Numbered from the whole stretch's first letter, positions 9,429 to 21,413 are shown. The stretch is DNA of 62,123 nt, filler included, from Vannella sp. (GCA_023345925.1; 6 parts of 6 records of this genome joined end to end with filler, not necessarily neighbours in it); one strand, 5' to 3'. The notes: generated from the letters alone by a model not told the origin. Numbers and translations: made by a program.

Positions 9429-11110
9429 ATGCCTCCTTGTGTGATTGTTAGCCGAGATCGGGTGGAGATGGCAGAGAGGGTGGCCATCTCTCTGGGTTCT
9501 TACCTCATGGAGAACCCCAAGGCTACTATTGCTGTCACTGTGGGAGTAGGGACCAAAAGATTTGGGGTGACCTGAACTGATCTGGGGGTTTCAGGCGACA
9601 CCAGCTTTAGCGTATCGCCACCTTACGAGCTTGGCTGTTCGCGGTGTAGTAGATGTTAGTAAGGCGCACTTTGTCCTCTGGGACGAGTTCTTCAGCAAGG
9701 GAAGCTCCCCAGCGCCCTGTCCTCACTTTGACGAGCTCAACAAGACGCTCTTTCATCACGCCAGCATTCAGAGCAAGAAGGTCGTCCGCCCTGTGGTGGG
9801 CATGTCTCTCTCAGAGACTCTCAGCTCCTTTAGTGAGTTGGTCCAAGTGAGACCCCCGAACCTCCTCATCCTTGGTCTGGGGCCTTCTGGCAACATCGGC
9901 TGGATCTCCTCCACGCAGAGTACTTCTGTTCACACTGTGGACATCAGTGGAGCGACTAAGCAGCAGAATCAGGGTTTGTAAACCTCCCCTGACCCAAAGC
10001 CAGCTTCCTCTGATGACCTGGAGCAGGATACGAGTCGTGTATGACTCTGGGAATGAAAGAGATCATGTCTGCTGATCAAGTCATCCTCATGGCTGTCGCA
10101 CGAAACAAGGCTCAACTGGTTGCTGAGATCCTCGGGGACAAGGAAGGCCGCAGCCCTGCTGCTCATGTCTTGCTCCACCACCCACGCGTCAAGCTCTTCC
10201 TGGATGCTAAGGCAGCTTCAGCTCTACCTCAGTTCGCTTCTAGTTGCCCGAGGGAGCTGAAAGGGTTCAACATCATCAATGACGCAGAGATTTACTCTGA
10301 GAAGAAGATCATTTGCTTCAGCCCACATCCTGATGACACTTCTATCAGCGCAGGGGCTGCTTTGAGCTTCTTAGCACAGAACAACGCGGTAGTGTCTTGC
10401 TGCGCCACCACAGGGCACCGCGCCTTCATGCCTGATACCACTCGCGAGCAGCGCATTGCCATCCGCGAAGAGGAGGCCACGAACGAGGCAAGACACCTTG
10501 ATGCTGCCGCTCACTTTCTTCGCCTTCCCCTTTACGATCGCGGTAGCGTCGTGGGGGAGGACGATGTCCAACTGATGGTGGAGTACCTCACCAAGCAGGC
10601 TCCCCACATGGTCTTCGTCCCTCACACTGGTGATGGACATCCCACTCACCGTGCTGTCTTGCAGACTGTGCTCCAAGCTCTCTCCACCCTTCTTACGCGG
10701 GACTCTGTAAGCCAGGACGTCTCTCAAGGGTCATTCGCAGTGTTTCTGACGGGGTCTAGTCGCTAGTGGTTGATCTATTCATGTACGAGGGGCTTTGGGG
10801 ACTCTTCCCAATGGGGTCATACAACACCATTGTGTCAGCCCCTGCAGAGTTCCATGCGAAGAAAGCCTCCGCCATCCGGGCTCACAAGTCTCAGACAGAT
10901 CGCACAGCTTACGATGTAGCAGCCCGCGCCTTATCTGAACTCCGAGGGGCGATGGTACCAGAACTAGACCTGAGCGGGTTTGGTGGCGAACCTCCTCGAC
11001 TCGAAGATAAGCTCGAGCTCTTCTTCCACGCCCGCCTCGCCTCCCCACTCGATGTCCAACCTCTCATCGCTCTCGCCCTTGAAAACAAGCCTCCCAGCAC
11101 CAAACATTGA
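9429..11110 (+). CDS. Glucosamine-6-phosphate deaminase (NagB)-like domain fused to PIG-L family deacetylase
   Basis: About four exons; HFVLWDEF, LLILGLGPSGNIG, MTLGMKEIMSADQVILMA (NagB-like) then CFSPHPDD, GDGHPTH and AIRAHKSQ (PIG-L/LmbE). Confidence 0.85.
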
Positions 11111-11216
11111 AAGAAAGTGCCAAAATGAAGCCGTTGCCGGCATCGAAAGGGCGCCTTCTGATTGGCTCATCGGAGATACGATCGATCCCTAGTCATTCGC
11201 TCTCTTCGCCTTCCAC

Positions 11217-13801
11217 ATGAGCGTACGTGGACGTCAGTATGCGGAGCCTGTTGTGCGCAACGTTGCGCATCTTGCAAAGGGATTGGACTTGAGTGGGTGT
11301 GAACTGCGGGCAGCTCCGCCCGACTTGGGGCAGTTTGGAGTTTTGCAGAGGATCGACATGAGCTGGAACCGGTTGGAGAGTGTTCCTGCGGTACTGTTTG
11401 AACTTCCTTCGTTGAAGGAGTGTAACCTGAGTCACAATGCGATTGTCAATCTGGTCCGCAACGTCACTTTCGACCGTTGGACGGCGCTTACTTCGTTGAA
11501 CCTTTCGTTTAACTCGCTCTTCCAGCTTCCGGCCACTGTTGGGGAACTCAAGGCTCTTCAATGTCTCAATCTCTGTAACAACGAGCTGAAGGAGGTGCCA
11601 ATCGAGCTGTGCTCGTTGGTGGAGCTTCGAGAGCTGCATCTCGCTAACAACATGATTGCGGCTCTCCCAAAGACCCTAGCGAAGTGCAAGAACTTGCGAG
11701 TGATTAATGTACAGAACAACCAACTTACAGGCTTCCCTGAGGTCCCTGAAGGGTACTGCCGCGATTTGGAACAAGTTCTTCTCAAAGGGAACCCGTTGGC
11801 CTTCCCAGTGGCTTCGCTTTGCCGCTTACGCGATAGAGACATCACCATGGAAGTAGATGACGAGTATGAATGGCCTGAACCTCCCCCAGAGGAGGAACTA
11901 TCGGCAGAGGAAGACTCTTCCGAGAGTGAAGGGATGATTACCCCCCGCGCGCGCCTCACAAGGACCATCTCTTCTACATTACGAGTCCGATCTCGCTCAA
12001 AGCCAAAGCGCACCCCTCTAATGATGGACGAGACGGCTGCGTTGGTCTTGACTCCTGAAGGAAGCCCATCTCCGACAAGGACTCGCTCCCGCAGCCGATC
12101 AGACGTCTCTAGCAACCCCAGGAGATCTCCTAGGATGCTGAAGCGCAAGTCAGGCATGATCCGCCCCATCTCACTCGATTCAGAGACCAGACAGTCACTC
12201 GAGTTCGAAATGCTCCCAAAAGACCTGAAGGCTTCCTCTATGATGGACTTTGTGGTAGAGAACGAGGCGGCAATGATTGCAGCAGCCACATCGAGCCAGC
12301 TTATCGCCCTTTTGACTTTTGATGCCGGAATTGGTATGACTTTGGGAAAAGTTGGCTTTTCTTGTCCTTACGTGCTCTTTAGATCGCGAGACCTTCCAAA
12401 AGATCTTTTTGACGACTTATCCAACCTTTATGGAGAGTATTGACCTTTACAATGAGCTTGTTAGGCGTTACGAGAGCTCAGGAGATATTGGACGGTCACG
12501 GTAGGTCTCTGCTCTTGAGTTGGAAGCCCATTATCGTATCACAGTGTCTCACTTTGGTCACATAGGGTGATACAGGTGCTATCAGTGTGGATAGATATCC
12601 AGCAGGTCCATATCATTTCTGATTCTACATTGAAAGGAAGCCTTCTTTCCTTCATTGGAAGGCAGATTGAACATCAGTCCTATCTCGACAGCCTCTTATC
12701 AATCACTGCCAGGCTAAATGTAAGCCCAAGGGGTCACTCCATTCGCATATCTCACACAAAAGAAAGGATGGAGTTCACTCCGTCCCTCGTCATTCGGATG
12801 AAGAGATACCTTGGGAGTTAATTAAGGCTAAGGACTTAGCGCGGGATCTTTGCATGGTGAATCATAGACTACTGAGAAAGATCCCGCTCCAATTATTCCT
12901 TGATAAGCAGTATTCTGAAGAGGTCTTGACGTCAGACCCACATAACCAACTGCAAGCCCTCACCGAATGGTTCAATCTTGAAAGTAACTGGGTTGTCTCA
13001 TCTCTACTTGGTGCTGGTTCTTCTCTTGAATGCACTTCGCTGATTAGCGTGTTCCTTCAGACTGCTGAAAGGTGTCTTCAACTCAATAACTTTAGCTCTG
13101 CCATGGCTATCTTCTCCTCTCTCAGCATGGCTCCGATTCAAAGACTATCGTCTGCATGGTCGCAAGTCCCTCCAAAGTATTCCAAGTTAATGGCCGAGTT
13201 CGACCGAATCTTCAGCTTCAAGATGAATTACGGAACCTATCGAGATATGCTCCGCAATGCAGAGGGCCCCCGGATTCCCCTCTTCATTGTCATATTCCGG
13301 GATCTCACACACTTCGAAGAAGCTCACAAAGACAAGTATTTGGAAGAGACTGTTCCCGCGGGTGGTCACAAACGCGTGAATTTTGCCCGATTGAATAGCT
13401 TAGCACCTCATTTGCTTCAAATACGGAACTATCAACTGGAAGAGTACGAGTTTGAAGAGAAACCTTCCTTCCAACTGGAAGCTCGTTTGCACAGTCTTCA
13501 ACCCATCTCAACGGATAAGGATGAGCTCTTCCGCTTAGCTGATGAGAGAGAGCAACGAGATACTTCTGAGATAGCGAATAAGAGGAAAAAGAAACGGGAA
13601 TCTCTGGGCAGCCGATTGGGTGCGAGCTCAGACTCAGGTCTCGTCCCCCTCTCGTCCAATTCAATCCACCACCCAATGAGCGAGAACCTAGCCAAGGTTG
13701 TCGTCAACTATCAGGCAACACGGCGGCGTAGCAGCTCCATTGGACACGACCGAGACGATAGTTCAGCCACTGCTACCCCGGAGAGCCAGCCAGACCAGTA
13801 G
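11217..13801 (+). CDS. LRR-containing Ras guanine nucleotide exchange factor
   Basis: N-terminal LxxLxLxxNxL repeats, intron-split REM region, CDC25 domain (LNNFSSAMAIFSSL, NYGTYR, IPLF...RDLTHFEE, VNFARL). Confidence 0.88.
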
Positions 13802-13845
13802 CTCACCCCTGAAACCATCTAAATAGTACCTCTTTAAGCACCTGT

Positions 13846-14489
13846 TCATTCCTCCCACTCTGACTCGTCAGACTCTTCCTCAGCCGGTTCTGCGGATGCT
13901 CCAGAGGGGTCATCTGGTCGCCTATTGGATTGTGTGAGAGAACGGACAGGTGCTTAGAGTTCACGTACGATAGGATCGAAGGATCAACGCCATCGCTGCT
14001 CATCTTCTGTTGGATTTGACCCAAAGCAACTCCCATTCGTTGCATTCTAAAGTAGGCTTGATAGCGAGGGTCTTCCTTGTTGGTGAGACCACCAGAAGGA
14101 TTGGGCTCTTCTTGGATAGCATCTGGGACTCCTGGAGGAGGTGGCGGCATACCACCAGCGCCGGATGGAGGAGGTGGAGGAGGGGGAGGCGGCGGGCCTC
14201 CTGCTGGCTCTGAAGCCTGCACAGCAGATGGTGCAGCCGAAACGATAGAACTTGCATCAACATTCTCCAGCCCAGGAATAGAAGCGAGCTTGGCCTCCAA
14301 AATGGCCATGGTTATCTCCAACTTCTGCAGTGAAGCGGACACTTCCCTCAGTCGTTTGTCACACGCCACACTAAAGCGGTTCAGGAACTCGGTGGTCTCC
14401 ACTAAGAAGTTATTCACGAAGCCCACTGTCCTCCCATGATCGACAGCTTCGCACTTTTCATAGTTAATCGCCTGCGCGGTCTTCCACAT
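13846..14489 (-). CDS. WASHC3: WASH complex subunit CCDC53/WASHC3
   Basis: RTVGFVNNFL...FLNRFSVACD...ILEAKLASIPGL, polyproline, EDPRYQAYFRMQRMGV; 47-nt intron 13968-13922 gives the true C-terminus ...EEESDESEWEE with stop at 13846. Confidence 0.92.
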
Positions 14490-14552
14490 CCCCCGCCCAA
14501 TGAATGAACATTAAATTACATTTTTAATTGTCATCAAGAAGGATCCCACGAA

Positions 14553-15507
14553 ATGTCTCGGAGTGGAGAGAAAGTTCCGGAAAAAAGTGGGAATCCGGGT
14601 TGTTGCTCGCTTTTGGGTCATTCCCTTGATGTTTGGACTTCAGTGGGAAGAAGCGGAGGAGGAAGTGGGAGTGGAGGATGCTGGGACGTTGAGAATGGCG
14701 TTAGAGAGGGGCCAGATTCAGAATGTGGATGGAAGTGCTCTTGGATTGTTTGGAGTGCCTCGCTTAATTGAAGCATGCCAAAAGGGGAAAGTGGAGAGTG
14801 TTGCTCTCCTTCTCTCTCATAACGCTAGCCCCAACATCACTCATTTAAATGGAGACTCGGCTCTCCATTCACTCTTCAAAATGGGAAAGGCAGAGTCCCC
14901 TGCAGTGCGACTCTTATTAGAACATGGAGCCGATGTTGTCCAAGTGAATGCGAAAGGGATTCCAGCGTTTGCTTTGTGTCCATCCCGCCATTTGCCGCTC
15001 TTTACAGAGATAATGGAGAAGCGATTGCAGGATACTCCAGAATACTTCCTCCTCGCCTTTCCCTCTTTCCAGAAGAGCGCTCCCATGGCTCATTCCCTTG
15101 CATCTTCGGGTTATATACAATGGATGTCCTTCTTCTTCAGGAAAGCTAATCTTCTCCCAACAGATGCTCCTGCGAAGAAGGAGAGCGCTTCGTTTGAAAT
15201 GTGTTCATCCAATGATGCTGACGAACAGATAACTTCCCCTCCTTCTCCTCCTTCTCCTCCAACAGAAGTCCTTCTTGAAGTTCGGGAGCCGACGCTCCAG
15301 CGAATGGCCAACGACAATCATTTCCCAGAGCATCCTGCAATGGAAAGCTACGACCCACTCTGTGTCATCTGTATGGAGGAGCCAAAGGACTGCCTCCTAC
15401 AACCCTGCGCCCACATCTCTTCCTGCTTCCTCTGCGGAGAAACCCTCAAAAAATGCCCAATTTGTCGGAAAACTGTTTCATCAGTCCTGAAAGTGTTCCT
15501 CGCATAA
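14553..15507 (+). CDS. Ankyrin-repeat RING (C3HC4) E3 ubiquitin ligase
   Basis: Ankyrin motifs (GDSALH, LLLEHGADV) and C-terminal CVICMEEPKDCLLQPCAHISSCFLC...CPICR; start position uncertain. Confidence 0.85.
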
Positions 15508-15597
15508 AGTGAGAATTGGCAGACAGTGAATCAAATTAAAAATTTCCAAGAATTTTGTGATTTCTGGGAATTCAAGTTTTTGGTTGGCATTGTTTCG

Positions 15598-17670
15598 ATG
15601 GCTCGTGGCGCAGCGGGTGCCGATGAGGCGGCTCGAAAGAAAGTTGTCGGGTTATCGCTGGTGGATCTGAGAGGGAGCTTGGAAGCGCTTGGCCTATCGT
15701 CAACGGGCCTCAAGAAAGCTTTGCAAGAACGACTGGTTTCTCATATGACCAAGAATGGTATCGTGAGCCTTCCTTCGTCAAAAGGGAAGCAAGCAACCAA
15801 GCCTCCAGCCACTGCCAAGCCCTCACGTAAGGTGAAGAAGATTGTTGAGTCCTCGGACGAAGAGGGTTCAAAGGAAGAGCTCTCTGCAGAAGAAGAGGAT
15901 CCAGAAGACGAGGACATTGCTGAAGAGGAAGAGGATGAAACGTTCGTTTGGCAATGGGCTGATGACGGACCAAAAGGACACCAGGACTTGTGGAGGGACT
16001 TCCCAGCAGCCATGCAAACAAAGCTGGAAGTAGCTTTCACGAAGAAGGCTAAACAACAGCGGGTGGATATGCAGCGTTACGTAGATCTATCCCAAGATCC
16101 TTATGTCCAATGCCGTTATGATGACCCCACTCGCAGGCGCCTTGTTCAAAGGGTCGCCAAGATAACATCACCCATCAAAAGCAAACCTGCTGCACCCAAG
16201 GCTCCAGCCAAGGCTCCAAAAACGGCCAAAAAGATTGTCGAACAGGAAAGCGAAGACGAAGGCGAGATTCTTATCGATCTTGAGGACGAGGACGAAGAGA
16301 ACGTTGAACAGGAAGAGGAGGAAGAAGGAGAGGAAGAGGAGGATTCTTCTGTGGAGTGGCTGTGGGCAGGAGATTCCCCTGGAGGTGGCCATCAGGTAAG
16401 TCACTTGCTATTAGTCTGTCTGAATAGCCAAGAAGACTCACTTGATAGCAAGGACACTTGGATTAAATACTCTCCTGCAATGTGCAAGAAGATTGAAACC
16501 GGATGGAACAGTGGAGAGAAGGAGATCAAGGTCGATAAGGAGCGCTACATTGACCTTCAGAACATGTTGCAACGGCGCTATGACGACAAGATGAAGTAAT
16601 TGAACCCACTTCTGTTCTATTCCAAGACCCTCACCCAATTCAGACGACGAAGTATCAAGCGCAATCAAAAGGTCACTAAGACCAAGTCAGCCAAGCCGCC
16701 ACAAGGCGCCAAGGCCGCTCTCGAAGAGGAGGAAGCACAAGTCACACTGGGCAAGCGGAAGCCTGTGGCCTCCTCGAAGCCAACCGGAAAGAAAGCGAAA
16801 AAGGTGGTCAAAGACTCTGACGACGAAGAAGAGGGCTCCGAAGGAAAGTCCACAGAAGACAACACTTTCGCTAAGCATCTCAAACTTCCTGGCACTTGGG
16901 GAGCTCATCCTGATATGTCTGTCAAGGAAGTGGTGATTGACAGTACATCAAAGGAGTTCCTTGATATCCAGAGAATGATGTCTGGTACCATCGCTGACTA
17001 CCACAAGAACAATACGTCTAACCATCAAGTCAAGTTCACTAAGCTTGAGGTATCAAGAGTAGTCCGTGTGCAGAATCCCATGCTTTGGCTCCGTTATTTC
17101 CACCGAAAGGAGGCATTAGTGAACAGTCTTCCATCCAAAGTGGGATCAGTGGGACCAGTTCTCACTGGGACGTCAATGGACCCAAAAGCCAACGAGTTTT
17201 ACTTGTTTCATGGCCTCAACGAGAACGCTACTCCGGGGATTACCCGCTTTGGATTTGATCCGCGTTACTGCAGCTTGAAGGGAATGTTCGGTGCGGGAGT
17301 GTACTTTGCAGATAACTCTTCCAAGGCCAATCAATACTGCCATGGAGGCTCTTGTACTGCCAGCGGCTTCCTAACGGGACGGGCTCAGTGCAAATGCAAG
17401 AAGACAGAGGAAGCTTCCATGCTACTTTGCCGAGTTGCATTGGGTGACCCTTTCATTGAGATGAAGTATCGCGGAAACGGAGAAGGAGAATACTGGCACG
17501 GCCGCCGTTGTGAAGTAGAGCGTAGCGGCCGCGGTCAGACAGGTGTCTTTAACTCTGTCATTGGAGAGTCCCAAGCCAACGGTGGAAGCCCTTTGCTCTT
17601 GCGAGAGTACATTGTCTACGATTCCGCTCAAGTTTACCCCGAGTACATCATCTATTACCATCGGAAATAA
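15598..17670 (+). CDS. SAP-WWE-WWE-PARP (tankyrase-type catalytic domain)
   Basis: SAP (LRGSLEALGLSSTGLKKALQERL), two WWE domains, two introns, catalytic LFHG, GMFGAGVYFADNSSKANQY, CRVALG, REYIVY. Confidence 0.9.
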
Positions 17671-17759
17671 AGTTTCCTTGGTCCCATCAAACCAATACTT
17701 CATTAGAGAGAAGAAGAAGCGATTATGAGATCCGATGCGTTTGTGTGCGTTATGGGATC

Positions 17760-18930
17760 TTACTCTCCGCAGTCCTCTACCGCTGGGATGAGTAGCTCAC
17801 GGGTCAGGAACTCTTCAGCAAGGCGACGGAAGATTTTGTCCATGGCATGGACCACCTCTGGGTCCCAAGTGTTCTTGCCTGCTTCGTCCGCGTACACTCG
17901 AAGGCTCCATTCGGACTTGCCGCTTGGGATGGCATCGTTCTTAGTGAGCAGAATGCGGGCATTCTCTTCTGTTGTTCGAGCACCTGGATACTGTAAAGTG
18001 AAGGTACTCTCTACCTTAACCACTTTGTTCCCTCCTTTCGACCCAGTGAGGGCAGATTCTGCTGGTGTTCGGTCGTCTCTTACGAGATGTCGGGACTTTG
18101 GTGGTTCCGTCCACTTTGAATACCCACCAGAGTACCCCAGGGGTGGCTTCTACCTCCTGATCGAGAGCAGTCATCTGAAGATCAGGGTAGACTTGATGGA
18201 TGTCCTTGCAAGAGGACATGGGCTGGCTGAGGGGGAGCCTCACTCGACTTTCCCGAGAGAACTTACTCATACACAAGTGGTAATCTGTCCAAACAGGCTC
18301 TCATCAGCAACGGCAAGACGAAAGGGTAGAAGGAAGCCCACCTTCCTCGAGTTTGTCGATCTCCAGGTTCTTTCGGAACGCTTTCGACACATGTAGTGGA
18401 TGAGAAGTGATCTCTTTGATTCGTGCCTGTTCTATCCCCTTCGAAGAAGGCAGGTAGTTGGCTTTGATATCAAAAGTGCGGGTTCCCGCATACTCCCCCG
18501 CCAAGTAGTCGCGACAGCGAGCGCTGATCATCCTCAAATCGCTTCCACATGTCGGTAGGAACTTGACAAGACCATACTCCAACCGAACAGAGGTCCTCTC
18601 CACGGGAATACTCTTCCCATCTCCCCCCTCGAAGCGGATGCCTGTTATCTTGCTAATGAGCGCCAATAGTTCGGGAACTCGCTGATCACGAGGAACCATC
18701 TGCGTGCGGTTCCACTTGAACGAGTACTCTCTCGTGAGCAGCACTTTCTGCTGCAAGGCGAACTTTTGAACGTCTTTGGAGAGGAGAACGTCAGGAAGTC
18801 CCTCTTCTTTGTGCACAAACGTGTCATGAGGAAGCTCTATGAGCTCCACTTTGTACCTCCGATCTCGCAGAAGGAAAACGGTCCACGTTGTGAAGCAGAG
18901 AGCCAAGAGAACCCATCCCGCCCGCCCCAT
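17760..18930 (-). CDS. Hypothetical type II membrane protein, multi-exon
   Basis: N-terminal hydrophobic anchor (WVLLALCFTTWTVFLL) and consecutive minus-strand ORF pieces separated by intron-like segments. Confidence 0.5.
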
Positions 18931-19401
18931 TTGCAGAATGATGCTCAACTCCTTCGATTCTGAGGACGCCTTCTCCCTGTCACACCTCTCCACCTTCTCT
19001 TTCACTCACTTTGCACAAGAAAGCGTTCATTTCCCTGTCGTATGAGGGATGGCACTGTTGGGACTCCAGCTGGGTTCCCCGCCCGCTCCCGTTCTTCCAA
19101 AGTGGTGCAAGATAGCTTATGGAGCTAAGCTTACGTCATGCATGAAGCCAGCAGCCAGGCTTCTCCACAAAGCGACGAGAGAGAGGTGTCTTTGGCTGCC
19201 CCTTGGGCCAAGTGCTCTCATCTTCATTGTCGCCCTTCCCAATCCTCTTCAACGGCTGTTCTACTGTTCCTCTGTTGCGCTGGGACCATCCTCCTCACTG
19301 TAGGCACCAAACGTAGCTTCAGAAGAGAAGAGCAAGAGCCTTTAACGAGAACTGGTGCAAGGCTGATACCTCATGTACATGGCGACTTGTGAAGCTACTC
19401 T

Positions 19402-19686
19402 TCACGTCAAACGACCAAAGAAGAAGCCACGATAGTGCGCTTGGTTGGCCAGCATGCTGCAAAGCGTGACGAGAAGGAACAGGACGATCGTCAGTCCCAA
19501 GGTAACATTGATGCTGATCTCATCCTTTGGCGCTACGTGTAGCCGAGGAGTCTCCACGAAAGGCTTCCCCTCTTCGTTCCCATCCAAGCGCACTTCGAAC
19601 CCCTCGGAAGGGTCCGCGCGTGGCCCTGTCCTCAAGGAGATCATGAAATAATGATCCCCTTTTCTTGCTTCGTGGAAATCAGCCAT
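19402..19686 (-). CDS. Small hypothetical protein with C-terminal transmembrane helix
   Basis: ORF with VTLGLTIVLFLLVTLCSML near the end; start uncertain (19686 or 19645). Confidence 0.4.
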   Translation of the reverse strand: MADFHEARKGDHYFMISLRTGPRADPSEGFEVRLDGNEEGKPFVETPRLHVAPKDEISINVTLGLTIVLFLLVTLCSMLANQAHYRGFFFGRLT

Positions 19687-19706
19687 TTCTTGGTCTCCTA
19701 CAGAGG

Positions 19707-21302
19707 ATGGCGGCGCGGACGGTCCTGCGCGGGACTCGTCGGGCGGATGGGTTTTGGAAGGATTTGGGGCATCAGCGGGACCGTGTGAGGGAAGTGGGAT
19801 GTTCTTTGGGTGTATCACATGCGTGGGAGTGGATGGCAGTGCCGTCAGGTGTCTTTGACAAGGCAGGAGGGCGCCCGGTTCTTCAAGAGTACGATTCGTT
19901 CTACTCGATGCTGTGTTCGCTGTTTCCGGAACAGAACTTCTCTCCTCTTTGTATGCATCGTATCCCTCGCTTTATGATACAAGAGAAGGCTCACCACTCC
20001 CGCCTATTCCGAGATCTGGAGGAACGGTTGCTGATAAGGGAGCCAACACAGTGGTTTCACGTGGATACGGCCCAGTTACGGGCCAGGGGCTTTCTTCCTA
20101 TCATCTCACAGTACGAAGGACTGAAAGGTGCTCTGAAAGCCAGCTTTCCTTCAACCAATTGGGACAAAGTCGAACAAAACTTCTTAAAGGAGACACAGAA
20201 AACTCCCTTTCGGGAACATGTGACTCCTGGGTTAGCCAGGATGCCTGTTGGGTATTGGAATAGTCCTGAGAACCAAAGAGACTTCCTCGATTCAATCGCA
20301 AAGAAGCTCAATATCCAATGCGAGGGGGATTGGTCAAAAGTGACGACTGACATTATCCGGGAGCATGGAGGAAGGCAGCTCTTACGCAAACACGCTACTC
20401 TCTATAACGCTCTGATTACCATTTATCCAGAAGGCAACTGGAATGTACAAAGCGCAAGAGAGAGGGTGCCGAATCGCCACTGGGACTCCATAAGCAATCA
20501 AAGAGAGTTTATGGACGACTTCAGAAAGCAATCTGGGCTCTTATCAGTGCGGGACCTTGAAAATGTGACTGTCCAATCGATCATTCAGGCTGGCGGGAGC
20601 CGGGTTCTCCGCCATTATGAGAGTTACATTCAGCTTCTTCGGGCAGTCTACCCTGAAGAGAAATGGAACGAAGTCGACCTAGCTAACGTACCAAGAGGCC
20701 ATTGGACCCTGCCTGAAAACGTGGTCCATTTCCTGGAGGAAGTGGCGCGACGTTACAAGGTCAAAAAGCCAGAGGATTGGTATCGGATCTCCGATGTTCA
20801 AGTCAAAGCCTGCAATGGATCAGGCCTCTTGCGAAAGTATGGCAGCAAAGAAGCTATTCTCCGCTTGGCGTATCCAAATTTCCCTTGGAACTCGCACCTG
20901 CTAAGCAAACGAGACAAAAGATCTCAACAGCGTTGGCTCTTCTGCCAGGTCCAAGAGCTCTTTCCCTCAGGAACAGAGGTTCTAGAGGACTTTTTCTTGG
21001 AGGAAATAGAGCGGGCCTCGTCCGCTGCTGTGCAATTAGATATCTTTGTCCCTCAACATCAATTGGCTCTCGAGTACCAGGGAGAGCACCATTATCACGA
21101 TATCCCTTCCTTTGGGCAGATAGAAATGTACACCGCGCGGGACGAGGAGAAAGTCTTGCTTTGCGAGAAGCTGAACATCCATTTGGTCATTATTCCTTAC
21201 TGGTGGGATGGCGAGCTCCCTTCACTTCAAAAGCTCATCCAAGCCACTTGCCCCAACCTTCTATTCCGTCAATCTACTTGTCAAAAGGAAACGCACTCGT
21301 AA
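19707..21302 (+). CDS. Helical tandem-repeat protein with C-terminal RAP/DUF559-like PD-(D/E)xK nuclease domain
   Basis: Five approximately 70-aa repeats (GYWxxxxNQRxFxD...DW...GGxxLL...L...YP...W) then LDIFVP...LALEYQGEHHY...RDEEK...IIPYWW; intronless. Confidence 0.8.
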   Translation: MAARTVLRGTRRADGFWKDLGHQRDRVREVGCSLGVSHAWEWMAVPSGVFDKAGGRPVLQEYDSFYSMLCSLFPEQNFSPLCMHRIPRFMIQEKAHHSRLFRDLEERLLIREPTQWFHVDTAQLRARGFLPIISQYEGLKGALKASFPSTNWDKVEQNFLKETQKTPFREHVTPGLARMPVGYWNSPENQRDFLDSIAKKLNIQCEGDWSKVTTDIIREHGGRQLLRKHATLYNALITIYPEGNWNVQSARERVPNRHWDSISNQREFMDDFRKQSGLLSVRDLENVTVQSIIQAGGSRVLRHYESYIQLLRAVYPEEKWNEVDLANVPRGHWTLPENVVHFLEEVARRYKVKKPEDWYRISDVQVKACNGSGLLRKYGSKEAILRLAYPNFPWNSHLLSKRDKRSQQRWLFCQVQELFPSGTEVLEDFFLEEIERASSAAVQLDIFVPQHQLALEYQGEHHYHDIPSFGQIEMYTARDEEKVLLCEKLNIHLVIIPYWWDGELPSLQKLIQATCPNLLFRQSTCQKETHS

Positions 21303-21413
21303 AGGTCTTCAAGTCATCTTGCACCCAACCACTCCACTCCATTCGTGCCCCTGGGAATGGGGAAGTACAAAACTCGAACTGTGGAGTTGAGGAACGTCCC
21401 TTTTGGGGGTTTA

